A DNA stretch of 44,890 bases from a virus (IMGVR_UViG_3300037780_000029:1-44890); one strand, 5' to 3'. Positions 21,101-28,950 are shown, counted from the stretch's first letter. Translations and numbers: made by a program. Notes: a model not told the origin generated them from the letters alone.

Positions 21101-21272
21101 AGCCTATGTTGCGCTTTTTCAAAATGCAGATGATTCGGATACTGTTGTTTGGCCTGCGGATTTTCGGTATGAAGATGGAAGCACGATACCCAACACAATA
21201 CTTTCGGATGGCAGAAGGATGGTACAATTTATTTATGATGGTACATTTTTCTATGTGCCAGGAGGATATTAA
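18138..21272 (+). CDS. Signal-peptide-bearing acidic repeat protein, fibre-like
   Basis: MRNFLISVMVFVPILLIG|Q; DDQ.A.EV.Y and DAD.DP.NE.Q repeats; C-terminal VVWPA..F.YDGT domain; ATGA coupling to upstream gene. Confidence 0.65.
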   Translation: MRNFLISVMVFVPILLIGQIKKEFVGICIFENFTNTSGEQHRGDLLNFVDRYNQGISVKNILPGDEIMDGSGDLYEVITIHSTPSNFEADITVESRVAGKPSPAGTGQVHRPTDQGIIPVGSVEDQGLSNVSKGLIDMNNVLRLDSLLREIENGDSITLMDYANDSLFITMESGLVHAVRLGIDSLHEYQESRIDSLKGNEIDTLIGGEHVVISNVDGVYTIDLGDIGPMTDDQTAGEVWYNDSYLPLNVNDVQEAIDSLKRKFDEAPPGGGGTDDQTALEVPYDNSSSGLAATEVQTAIDLLENEIDAVSSGASDGVLTAVSLDVANNELDYTVASPGSNFSGSLIGIENLSGFNGWDTDESDDFSGNYVDLNFTGTTGMSDGVDNVDDADNDPANEIQGITWNNGTRELTLSDGGGSVTIIDEVDDADSDASNELQTLSWSAGVGGNDQITLSDGGGTITITDNTGTDDQDASEVPYDNSSSGLAASDVQIAIDLLEDEIDAVSSGAADGVATGGTLDVANEEIDVVVASPGSNFSIDLGLLPTLSGFSGWDMNEADDFTGNYVDLIFAGTTGLSDGVDDVDDADSDPTNELQTIFKVGSTVTLSNGGGSFTDAVNDADASIANELQVFSWTPGTNGNDEITLSLGGGTVTITDNVDDADNDPANEIQGITWNDGTRELTLSDGGGTVTITGGGRDAGNAMTLSGNEMDLGGIMDADIDINDGSNAFNFSLTDINVFESIADTNVLNSNTILMGDVNGISGIDIWMPNTFNDFRGSTNLRLYADASVFLSSGSSFLTVDGNNSLVSLNGVCTIDLFGHVRVGNTNGTGDFGEIAVNQLDTTLMISDGTQWLPANRVVGGGGTLTQEQVQDFVGPMLPNGSHSDGFSFNYDDPNGEIDLTVDTDEINVGFVPNNYSRTTGVNYPNTVDLGAHLDGIDREFDTVTPNTPLTTTNGSFFAGNEPQAFQKINMAGLSTVTVTVIGAVPGGAYVALFQNADDSDTVVWPADFRYEDGSTIPNTILSDGRRMVQFIYDGTFFYVPGGY
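18960..20200 (+). repeat. Internal duplications in the acidic repeat gene
   Basis: About 585-bp-period duplication (starts near 18960 and 19545) and a near-identical ~90-bp block at ~19302 and ~20112. Confidence 0.85.
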
Positions 21273-21283
21273 ATCATTCAGGA

Positions 21284-22159
21284 ATGAAACATAGTTTTGT
21301 AATATTGATGATGTTGATTGGAGGAGTCTGCCAGGGGCAGTATTATGGAATGTTCGTGCCAAATGTTGGGGTTGGGCCACCATCTTATGATACAGATTTT
21401 CAAGCAGTATTAGATGAAGGCTCGTTAAATGGGTGGACGGCACCGAATACGGCCCAACAAGATCTCCTAAATGATATGGTAGTGGGGTTAAAAGCGGATG
21501 GGATTTGGTCTAAGCTTGATTATTTTGCTTTATTTGAACATACAGGTGCTCAAGATTTCAACCGCATAAATTGGCTTAACCCTACAGGATCATCTGGGAG
21601 TATAATTGGATCACCCGTTTGGTCAACGTCAGATGGATATACTTCTACTGATGCGAGCAATTATTTTGATACCAATTATGCTATGTCTGATGGGCCTAAT
21701 AACAGCCAAACAAGCGTAACCTTTGGGTTTTATGTTGACAATATCCAGTGGACAGATAATAGTTCTTTTTTGGGCGGGGCTGTAAACGGCTCGAATAATG
21801 GCTCTGCGTTTCGGATGAGATCAGGAACAAGTGAACAGTTTGGCGCAAACACAGTGGGGAATGTTTATGAAATGGGAACAAGTGCAAGAGGAGAAACCAC
21901 ATTCACTTTGACTCAAACGAGCGGAGATTTAGAGTTTTTTGTGGGGGGAAGTTTAGAGCATGATTTTTTATCAACTACAACTTTAACTCCCCTAAGCTTA
22001 GATATTTATGTGGGAATTGTCAATTTCAATGGCACGGCATTTGGTAGCAATAATTCAGGAGATTTTCACATAAAATGCATGTTTGTAGGTGAGCACCTTA
22101 CAAATGCAGAGGTGTCTGATTTGCATTCAAGACTTAACACTTATTTTCAAAACAATTAA
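21284..22159 (+). CDS. Signal-peptide-bearing lectin/LamG-like protein, possible receptor-binding
   Basis: MKHSFVILMMLIGGVCQG|Q; YDTDFQAVLD...LKADGIWSKLD helical domain then S/T/G/N-rich beta region ending LTNAEV..L. Confidence 0.55.
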   Translation: MKHSFVILMMLIGGVCQGQYYGMFVPNVGVGPPSYDTDFQAVLDEGSLNGWTAPNTAQQDLLNDMVVGLKADGIWSKLDYFALFEHTGAQDFNRINWLNPTGSSGSIIGSPVWSTSDGYTSTDASNYFDTNYAMSDGPNNSQTSVTFGFYVDNIQWTDNSSFLGGAVNGSNNGSAFRMRSGTSEQFGANTVGNVYEMGTSARGETTFTLTQTSGDLEFFVGGSLEHDFLSTTTLTPLSLDIYVGIVNFNGTAFGSNNSGDFHIKCMFVGEHLTNAEVSDLHSRLNTYFQNN

Positions 22160-22163
22160 TAAA

Positions 22164-23981
22164 ATGATTTTCGAGATGAGAAATTTGTTGATTTTGTTTG
22201 GGCTGTTGCTGACGTTCAGCATCGATGCCCAATTGATGAATTATGGTGAGCTTCCGGAGGAGATGAAAGAGGAAGTGAGCCGGAGAGAGTTGAGATCAGC
22301 GAGGAAAGAGTTTGAGGCTGAAAAAGAAAAAGGATTGGATATTGTATTGAGTCCCGTTGAGCGGATTGCATATGGTATTGAACCTTTGATTCAAAGCTAT
22401 TCCGGAGAAATTCAAGCTGTAGAAAGTTGGGGCCGTGATGTGGTCTACCCTACCTCAGTGAGAGCGCGTACAGTGAGAGAGTGTGGGAATTATAATGTAG
22501 TGATTGGAATTTGTGATTCAGGTGTGGATCAGGATCATAAAATATTGGATGATTTCAATTGGTTGCCGCGTTCTAATTATTCCGGAGATGCGGAAAAGCA
22601 TTGGCATGGTACGCATGTTGCAGGCATCACCATTCAAATGTTGGCAGAATTAGCGAAAGCTAAAGGAAATGTTCGATTTAAAGACATTCAGTTATTGAAC
22701 AGTCGAGGATCAGGATCATTCGTTGCGGCTGCGAATATGGCCCGGAGTGAGACCCAATATTTTGAAAGTGAATTGGAGAATGGAACGGGAGTGATTTTAA
22801 ATAATAGTTGGGGAGCAGTGACCAACACGGTATCTGTTTTTGAAGATGCGGTAAAAGAGTCTTTTGATAAAGGAGTTATTTGGGTAACAAGTGCAGGGAA
22901 CTCCGGAGTGGAGGGGCCAGGATACCCGGGTACATCTACTTGGACTGGATCAGTTGCGGCATTAGCACCGAATATGAGGCGGGCTAGTTTTTCGACAATG
23001 AATAATAAAGTGGATTACACGATGCCGGGACAATCAATTAATTCAACGATGCCGGATGATCGTCAAGCTCATGCATCAGGAACGTCAATGTCAGCTCCTT
23101 TTGTCACCGGGTTGATGGGGCTTGCATATGGAAAGTATGGGCCTGTATTGAGAGGAAGAAATGCCAAAAGGTATTTTGATTACATTGCCACGGATATCGC
23201 TCCGGAGGGAAAAGACATTGAGAATGGGATGGGGGTTTTGTATGTGGCGAAAATGTTAGACACGGACCCATGTGATGTACCTGGAATTGATTGTGATGGA
23301 GGGGATGAGCCGGATGAGCCGGGTGATGAGCCGAATGAGCCAGGTGATGAGCCAATATTTTCAGGGGTGAAATTTGATGGGGAAAATTATGTGATTCGTT
23401 GGAGACGGCAATCAGAGCGTGAGTTTAGAATTCTGCAGGTTCCTTCCGTCATTGTGGTAGGAAATGGAGAAGGTGACCAGGCGGCGGCGTATGATCAGAT
23501 AAAGAGGTTTGTGGACAGTTATCCGAATAACCGGGCGATTGTGTTAACTGATGAAATGGGGTTTGCAAGTGCTACACATTGGTTTGGTCAGTTCCTTATT
23601 TATGCGGCAAAAAATTCAGGTGTAGACCTGACGGTGGAGAAAGTCGTTGGAAGAGATGAGCAGGGCCGAGTATTCATAGCGAGCAATTTTGATAAGAATG
23701 CCGTGAATGAAACGATGGTGAGAATGATTGAGCTGGATTTGCCGCCGGAAGAGTATGACCAGGACAAGCCAAAGAATCGTTTTTTAGTTCGTGCAAGATG
23801 GGCGGTGGAGAATAAGATTGGAGGAGGAAGTGTGCCGGAGATCGAGTTTGATGATGAGGTAGGGGTTTATTTTACGTTCATTTATTCGGACAGATTAAGG
23901 CCATCACGGGATGAGATTGTAAAGGTGAAACCGTTCAAAGATGCTATATTAAAGCAAATTTTGACGATCGAAAAACAGTGA
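22164..23981 (+). CDS. Secreted subtilisin-like serine protease (peptidase S8) with C-terminal extension
   Basis: ICDSGVD, HGTHVAG, SAGN and SGTSMSAP catalytic motifs; MRNLLILFGLLLTFSIDA|Q signal (ATG 22164 or 22176); DEPG linker. Confidence 0.92.
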   Translation: MIFEMRNLLILFGLLLTFSIDAQLMNYGELPEEMKEEVSRRELRSARKEFEAEKEKGLDIVLSPVERIAYGIEPLIQSYSGEIQAVESWGRDVVYPTSVRARTVRECGNYNVVIGICDSGVDQDHKILDDFNWLPRSNYSGDAEKHWHGTHVAGITIQMLAELAKAKGNVRFKDIQLLNSRGSGSFVAAANMARSETQYFESELENGTGVILNNSWGAVTNTVSVFEDAVKESFDKGVIWVTSAGNSGVEGPGYPGTSTWTGSVAALAPNMRRASFSTMNNKVDYTMPGQSINSTMPDDRQAHASGTSMSAPFVTGLMGLAYGKYGPVLRGRNAKRYFDYIATDIAPEGKDIENGMGVLYVAKMLDTDPCDVPGIDCDGGDEPDEPGDEPNEPGDEPIFSGVKFDGENYVIRWRRQSEREFRILQVPSVIVVGNGEGDQAAAYDQIKRFVDSYPNNRAIVLTDEMGFASATHWFGQFLIYAAKNSGVDLTVEKVVGRDEQGRVFIASNFDKNAVNETMVRMIELDLPPEEYDQDKPKNRFLVRARWAVENKIGGGSVPEIEFDDEVGVYFTFIYSDRLRPSRDEIVKVKPFKDAILKQILTIEKQ

Positions 23982-23985
23982 TTTC

Positions 23986-24414
23986 ATGAACTTTAAGATT
24001 GACTATGCTTTTTGGTTGGGGTTGTTCTCCGGATTTATCGGATGGGTTACTTCTTTTTTTATGCCTGTCACTCCTTACATCGTATTGGTTGGAGTGTTGG
24101 TATTAATGGATGCGTATACCGGTGTTAAGGCATCAAAGAAAAAAGGAGAAGGTTTTGAGCTGAGGAGGCTTGGAGTGACTGTTGAAAAAATAATACTTTA
24201 TACCATCCTTATTTCATTAAGCAGAGGGATGGATGTGGTGTTTGTTTCTGAGTTCACACAAGTGGCTCCGGTTGCTTATAGTGTAGCCTTTGGGCTTTCA
24301 GCCAAAGAGTTTAGGTCAAATGTAAAGAATGTGGAGGTGGTTACGGGAGTTAATGTTTGGTCACGTATTGTTGATCTGTTTCAGAATGGAGTGAGGAAAA
24401 GTAGAAACCAATAA
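23986..24414 (+). CDS. Holin (Phage_holin_4-like)
   Basis: Three hydrophobic segments, D.YTG..AS.K.G...K.ILY pattern, EF.S...N, basic C-terminus. Confidence 0.8.
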   Translation: MNFKIDYAFWLGLFSGFIGWVTSFFMPVTPYIVLVGVLVLMDAYTGVKASKKKGEGFELRRLGVTVEKIILYTILISLSRGMDVVFVSEFTQVAPVAYSVAFGLSAKEFRSNVKNVEVVTGVNVWSRIVDLFQNGVRKSRNQ

Positions 24415-24439
24415 TTTTTTAAACCAAAGTAATTGCAAA

Positions 24440-24832
24440 ATGAAAGAGACTAGTGAATTTCGGAGCTTTTTTGGCGCTGCAGTAAATGGAGCGGTAGATG
24501 TTGCCGAGGATGGGAAAGTGAATGGAGATGATTTGGGGACCATCCTAAATGTAGCGTTGAAAGCTACGCCGGCATTTCGCGGCATCGGGGAGATTGATGA
24601 TGAACTGGCGAAAGCATCTATTTCTGAGCGAGATCAATCGGATGAGCTTTTTGGTGAGCAACTGAGCTCAATTAATGAAGAGAACCGGCGAGATATTGTC
24701 AAAATTGAGAATGGCGTTTTTGCCGCTGTTGCGCTGATCTCCCGGAGAGCCTACCAAAAAGGTAAGGAGGAAGGGCAGAAAGAGCTTGTTGCAAAATTGA
24801 AAGCCGGAGAGATCACGGTGGATCAGTTGTAA
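24440..24832 (+). CDS. Hypothetical helical protein, last late gene
   Basis: ORF after holin and before terminator; DGKV..DD motif. Confidence 0.6.
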   Translation: MKETSEFRSFFGAAVNGAVDVAEDGKVNGDDLGTILNVALKATPAFRGIGEIDDELAKASISERDQSDELFGEQLSSINEENRRDIVKIENGVFAAVALISRRAYQKGKEEGQKELVAKLKAGEITVDQL

Positions 24833-24865
24833 AGAATCTCTTTACAGGTGTTTGTTCTTTATTGG

Positions 24866-24899
24866 AGAGCATGGTGAAAAGTCACTGTGCTCTTTTTTT
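24866..24899 (+). terminator. Terminator ending late operon
   Basis: AGAGCATGGTGA-aaag-TCACTGTGCTCT-TTTTTT. Confidence 0.85.
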
Positions 24900-24909
24900 A
24901 TGGATGAGC

Positions 24910-24946
24910 AAAAAAAATGGCCAGCCCGGTGGGAAGGGCTGACCAT
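24910..24946 (-). terminator. Reverse-strand terminator
   Basis: A8 then TGGCCAGCCC-ggtgggaa-GGGCTGACCA; reads as hairpin plus U8 on the - strand. Confidence 0.6.
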
Positions 24947-25034
24947 GGGGTGATTGGGGAGTCAATCAAAAAAGAAATTGAGTAGCAAATATACTGTATT
25001 GATATGGCATTTTCAAGCATGGAAAAGGGAGGGT

Positions 25035-25072
25035 GTTGTGATTTATATTTTGATGGACTATATTTGTGATAA
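25035..25072 (+). promoter_or_regulatory. Bacteroidota-type promoter P1
   Basis: TATATTTG at 25059-25066 (TAnnTTTG), TTG about 20 nt upstream. Confidence 0.7.
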
Positions 25073-25087
25073 ACAAAGGGAGTTGAT

Positions 25088-25723
25088 ATGACAGTGAGAG
25101 AAATTGCAGACCAGTATGGGGTAAGTGCGCGAACGGTATACCGAGATATCGAAAAGTACAATTTTGAGAAAGGTTGTAGCCATCCGAATGGGTATAATGA
25201 CCAGGTAGAGGATGGGGAGTTATTGAAGTACATCAAAGAGAGGAGATCAGGGAAAGGGAATGGGGCGGAGAAAGCGGAGAAGCCTAAAAAGAGGAAGGGT
25301 TTGAGGAGAGAGGAGAAAAAGCCAAAAGTGATCGAGGTTGAAATAGGGCCATCTAAAGACATAAATATTGTTGGTGTGATGTTGTTAGTTCTTTTGAGTG
25401 CTGATGGGATTGCATGTGCCTGGATTGCCATGAACACGATTGCGGGAGGATTGCGGGAGATAGCCGGGGCGGGATTCTTTTGTGTGGGAGTCGCGATTGG
25501 ATATGCTGCATTTATCCACCAAAGAAAGTATGAGGGGTACAATGAAGCGTGGGCGGCAGGTTTTTTCATTTTTCAAATGTTGCTGCATTTGTCAGCATTC
25601 GAAGTCTTTGACATGGGGACATGGAATGATGTTTCGTTTGGCATTGGCAAAGTGATGGTAAGTGTGGCGATACCTTTGGCAACTATGTCAATTGGTATGA
25701 ACAGTAAAGTTGACAAAAAATGA
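25088..25723 (+). CDS. HTH DNA-binding protein fused to a multi-pass membrane domain
   Basis: MTVREIADQYGVSARTVYRDI HTH, basic linker, about four hydrophobic segments. Confidence 0.75.
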   Translation: MTVREIADQYGVSARTVYRDIEKYNFEKGCSHPNGYNDQVEDGELLKYIKERRSGKGNGAEKAEKPKKRKGLRREEKKPKVIEVEIGPSKDINIVGVMLLVLLSADGIACAWIAMNTIAGGLREIAGAGFFCVGVAIGYAAFIHQRKYEGYNEAWAAGFFIFQMLLHLSAFEVFDMGTWNDVSFGIGKVMVSVAIPLATMSIGMNSKVDKK

Positions 25724-26160
25724 AATGGCTATATGACATATTGGGAGTTGGTCAAAAGATCGAATTGCCAAAGATGAAAACAAAAAAGGTTCCTGTCATT
25801 GAAAAGGTAGAGGAAGAGGATGACAATTACCAGGATATCAAATGGGGTGCTGGCAAGATTGTCAAAGGAAAGGTTATTGAAAATGAGGAGGTGAATTTAT
25901 TTGAGTGGGAGGTTGCGCCGGATGGGAGGAACCGATTGAAGGGGATGGAGCTTGATGAGTTTGATTGGTTGGTGATCCGGGAAAAAGGGTTAAAGCCTGA
26001 TTCTTTCAAATTGGCAAAGCCTTATATCGTCTCTGGATGGGAATATAAAGAGGTGGCGAAGATTCTTGGATATAGTGTGAGCTGGGTGCAAAAGATAGGG
26101 CCAGCGGTGAAAGAAGCGGCAAAGAGGAGGAAGAGCGGAAGCCCTACCCCGGAGGATTGA
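25720..26160 (+). CDS. Protein with C-terminal HTH
   Basis: YKEVAKILGYSVSWVQK; ATGA coupling to upstream gene. Confidence 0.65.
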   Translation: MKWLYDILGVGQKIELPKMKTKKVPVIEKVEEEDDNYQDIKWGAGKIVKGKVIENEEVNLFEWEVAPDGRNRLKGMELDEFDWLVIREKGLKPDSFKLAKPYIVSGWEYKEVAKILGYSVSWVQKIGPAVKEAAKRRKSGSPTPED

Positions 26161-26230
26161 GAGGAGTAAGGTGGCAAAGAAGTTGCATTTGGATGTTTTT
26201 GAAAATGATGGCATTAAAAATCAATGATTT

Positions 26231-26698
26231 ATGAGGAGTAAAGATGAAAGAAAATACTTTCACCGGGGTATCAATAGAGTTGCAGATGGAGAGTTGGTGG
26301 ATTATGAAATATTGAATAAGGATGGGGAAAAGATCAAAGAGGTAAGTGCCTGGAAAAGGCGAGCGGTGCGGAAGGTAGCAAAGGGATCGTTGATGATTGG
26401 GGGGGTATTGGTTAAAGGATCAGTTGAGGGAGTAATGTGGGCTGTTCCTATTATTGCGAAAGGCGCAGGGGCTGTTTTAGGGTTGGTGTTGATGATCGGA
26501 TGGGAAGCGGTAAAAGGATTGCTTAGAGGGCTTGCATTAGCCTGCCAGATGAAAGACCCGGGCGGTGGGTATGATCCAGGATGGGAGCGGGAGGAGAGAG
26601 AGGCGTTGACAAGGTGTGGATGCCATAGTGGAGGAGTCAATATAAATGTAAGCGGTGACAATTCAAGGGTGACAATTAAAAATAGCCGAATAGGTTGA
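26231..26698 (+). CDS. Hypothetical membrane-associated protein
   Basis: Central Gly/Ala-rich hydrophobic stretch. Confidence 0.6.
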   Translation: MRSKDERKYFHRGINRVADGELVDYEILNKDGEKIKEVSAWKRRAVRKVAKGSLMIGGVLVKGSVEGVMWAVPIIAKGAGAVLGLVLMIGWEAVKGLLRGLALACQMKDPGGGYDPGWEREEREALTRCGCHSGGVNINVSGDNSRVTIKNSRIG

Positions 26699-26818
26699 CA
26701 GGGTTTATTGACAAAAGATTATTGACAATTATTGACAAAAAAAGAGTTATGAAAAAAGTGATTGTGATTTTTGCTGCGATTGTCAGCGGATTTGTTTTGA
26801 CAAATTTAGGAGCTGTCA
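26656..26818. repeat. TGACA motif cluster
   Basis: TGACA at 26656, 26670, 26696, 26709, 26723, 26733, 26798; TGTCA at 26781, 26814. Confidence 0.75.
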
Positions 26819-27291
26819 TTGGAGGGCTGGTGATTGCATTTGGGATCGTTGTGGGAGTTGGTGTTTGGTCTGTTTACCTGGATTGGATGAAGAGGCAGAG
26901 GTATGAGAGAATGTATGAGGATATAATGGTGGCTACCTTGAATCCCAAAACGGGAGAGCGTTACCCGTTGCCGGAAGAGATTGAGCATTTGGTGGTATGG
27001 GCGGAATATGGGGAGACAGGAAAAGTAGTGAGGGAAGAAAAGAAGATGTTGGAGAATGTTGAGAACCCATTTTTTGTTGATCCGAATTTGAGTGATTTGC
27101 AAAGGTTGAAGGTTTTCAAGTGTGTGAAAGGAGATGGTGAGTGGGTAAACGAGACATGGGAGGAGTATGGGCAAAGGTTGATCCGGGAAGTGATGGAGAG
27201 GAGAGCGGAGAGGCATAAGATGTTGAAGAGGCTGGATCAAGCATGGTATGAGGCAAACAGTAATGGAGAGAGTGTGATTGAATTAGGGTGA
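26749..27291 (+). CDS. Hypothetical membrane protein
   Basis: ATG 26749 (MKKVIVIFAAIVSG); two N-terminal hydrophobic segments. Confidence 0.65.
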   Translation: MKKVIVIFAAIVSGFVLTNLGAVIGGLVIAFGIVVGVGVWSVYLDWMKRQRYERMYEDIMVATLNPKTGERYPLPEEIEHLVVWAEYGETGKVVREEKKMLENVENPFFVDPNLSDLQRLKVFKCVKGDGEWVNETWEEYGQRLIREVMERRAERHKMLKRLDQAWYEANSNGESVIELG

Positions 27292-27295
27292 TTTT

Positions 27296-27544
27296 GTGAC
27301 ATCAAACAAATTGAAAATGTTGAATAGCAGGAATGATTTATTCGTGGAGTTAAAACGTTATCGGGATTTTAAAGGGTGGATTGAATTTGATGATGATTTA
27401 TTTGGTGGGTTTGCGGTATTGGTTGAGCAAGAGTTTTTACCAATTGCTATGATTTATACCATGAGGAGGTTTGCGATTATGCATGAGATGAGGATGGACA
27501 GAGTACAGGAGATGGTGTTTGCCTTTCTGCCGGAAGAGGAATAA
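27296..27544 (+). CDS. Hypothetical protein
   Basis: Packed ORF followed by terminator. Confidence 0.55.
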   Translation: MTSNKLKMLNSRNDLFVELKRYRDFKGWIEFDDDLFGGFAVLVEQEFLPIAMIYTMRRFAIMHEMRMDRVQEMVFAFLPEEE

Positions 27545-27575
27545 ATTTGGTAGAGTGTTTTTCATTCATAGTTGG

Positions 27576-27610
27576 AGAGGTTGGCCGGTGGTCTGGTCAG
27601 CCTCTTTTTT
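27576..27610 (+). terminator. Terminator
   Basis: AGAGGTTGGCC...GGTCAGCCTCT-TTTTT. Confidence 0.75.
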
Positions 27611-27627
27611 ATTTATTACACAAAGTG

Positions 27628-27665
27628 CTTTACTTTGTTATAGCCTTCCGTTATATTTGTGATTC
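27628..27665 (+). promoter_or_regulatory. Bacteroidota-type promoter P2
   Basis: TATATTTG at 27652-27659 just after terminator. Confidence 0.7.
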
Positions 27666-27693
27666 AATTGTTAATCAAAAAAGATTTTGAATT

Positions 27694-28251
27694 ATGGAAA
27701 AGCTAGTGTTTGATAGTAGAAATGATGCGGTTTATGTGGAGGTAATAAAAAATCTCCAAAAATATGCGGAGGCTTTTGGGGATGTTGATTACATCAATGA
27801 TGATGAGGTTTGTGTGGACATTGAGGGTGTGGATGTTGTGGAGACAGATAAAGTAGTGATTGCAAGAGTGATGGTGGATCATGGTGGGTTTTCTTTAGAG
27901 GAGAGTGTGTTTTGGTTGAAAGATAGTATGAGAGTATGGGGGAGCTGGAAAGCGATGGAGGAGCTGATTAAAAATTATCATCCGGATGCTTTTGTTTTGT
28001 TTAAAGATGGGAGAGGAATGATATTTTCTATTTCAAAAAATAGATTTCAGCTCCATGCTGGAGATGGTGTGTGCCTTATGGATCATTCGTGTGAATGGAA
28101 ATTTAAAGGGATCAAAGAATTTGGCCGGATGTTTGGGGAGTATGCAAGAGCAGGAGCGCCAATTGTTGGCTCTTTGAATGGTTTGATAGCGGGAATGTCA
28201 AATGAAGAGAGGAGAGAGTTTGATAATGGGTTAGCGGATGAGGAGGAGTAA
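27694..28251 (+). CDS. Hypothetical protein, paralog A
   Basis: Shares ES.....RVWGS and H...KFKG.KE.GR.F motifs with the next gene. Confidence 0.7.
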   Translation: MEKLVFDSRNDAVYVEVIKNLQKYAEAFGDVDYINDDEVCVDIEGVDVVETDKVVIARVMVDHGGFSLEESVFWLKDSMRVWGSWKAMEELIKNYHPDAFVLFKDGRGMIFSISKNRFQLHAGDGVCLMDHSCEWKFKGIKEFGRMFGEYARAGAPIVGSLNGLIAGMSNEERREFDNGLADEEE

Positions 28252-28271
28252 ATAATGAGAAAGTATATTAA

Positions 28272-28300
28272 AGGGAGGCATTGATTGTCTCCTATTTTTT
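28272..28300 (+). terminator. Terminator-like hairpin
   Basis: GGAGGCA-ttgat-TGTCTCC followed by TATTTTTT. Confidence 0.55.
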
Positions 28301-28323
28301 TATCAATCAAAAAAGGATTTAGA

Positions 28324-28899
28324 ATGAAAACGTTTGATCAGAAAGCGAGCAATGAATTAAAGAGAGTTTTTATGAATGTGGTGATGTATGCCAGGGCGAT
28401 TGGAGAGAGAGAGGAATTTGAGGATGGTGTGGTATATGAATTAGGGGAGATGAGAGTGAGCATTGATAGGAGTTTTGTGAGGGTGATGGTTAATGTGGAT
28501 TATGATCAGGGAGTAAAGGTTGAGAGTGTTGTGTTTGCAAAAGAACAGGGAAGAGTTTGGGGGAGCCGGTTTGGCATGAATCGGTTAAAAGAGGAGTTTG
28601 GAGATGATGTATTTTTGTTCGCGCTAGACCAGGAATTCAGAGTGTATATGGTGAAGGATGAAAGGTTTGTTATTTTGAAGAGAGACGGCAGGCAGATGGT
28701 AAGCCATCCGCATTCTTTTAAATTCAAGGGGATGAAAGAGATGGGGCGGCTCTTTCAAAGAGCAGTAAATTTTGGATATCCAGTTGAGAAAGGTTTGGCG
28801 GGTATCTTAATAGGGTTAAATAAGAGGGAGAAAAAGGAGTTTTTGGAAGGGATGGAAAGTGAAGCGGAAAAACAAGAAATAAAGGTTTATCTCAATTAA
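28324..28899 (+). CDS. Hypothetical protein, paralog B
   Basis: ATG 28324 after AATCAAAAAAG box; paralogous to 27694-28251. Confidence 0.7.
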   Translation: MKTFDQKASNELKRVFMNVVMYARAIGEREEFEDGVVYELGEMRVSIDRSFVRVMVNVDYDQGVKVESVVFAKEQGRVWGSRFGMNRLKEEFGDDVFLFALDQEFRVYMVKDERFVILKRDGRQMVSHPHSFKFKGMKEMGRLFQRAVNFGYPVEKGLAGILIGLNKREKKEFLEGMESEAEKQEIKVYLN

Positions 28900-28909
28900 A
28901 TAACAGTCA

Positions 28910-28950
28910 GCGTTTGTAGTTGTGATAAATGCCCCTTATATTTGTTATAT
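28910..28950 (+). promoter_or_regulatory. Bacteroidota-type promoter P3
   Basis: TTTG 28913-16, 20-nt spacer, TATATTTG 28937-44; near copy of P5. Confidence 0.85.

Noticed and set aside
26695-26737. Sigma70 -35 (TTGACA) promoters
   Set aside because: Too many copies, no matched -10 boxes, and other promoters follow the Bacteroidota consensus; kept as a binding-array finding instead
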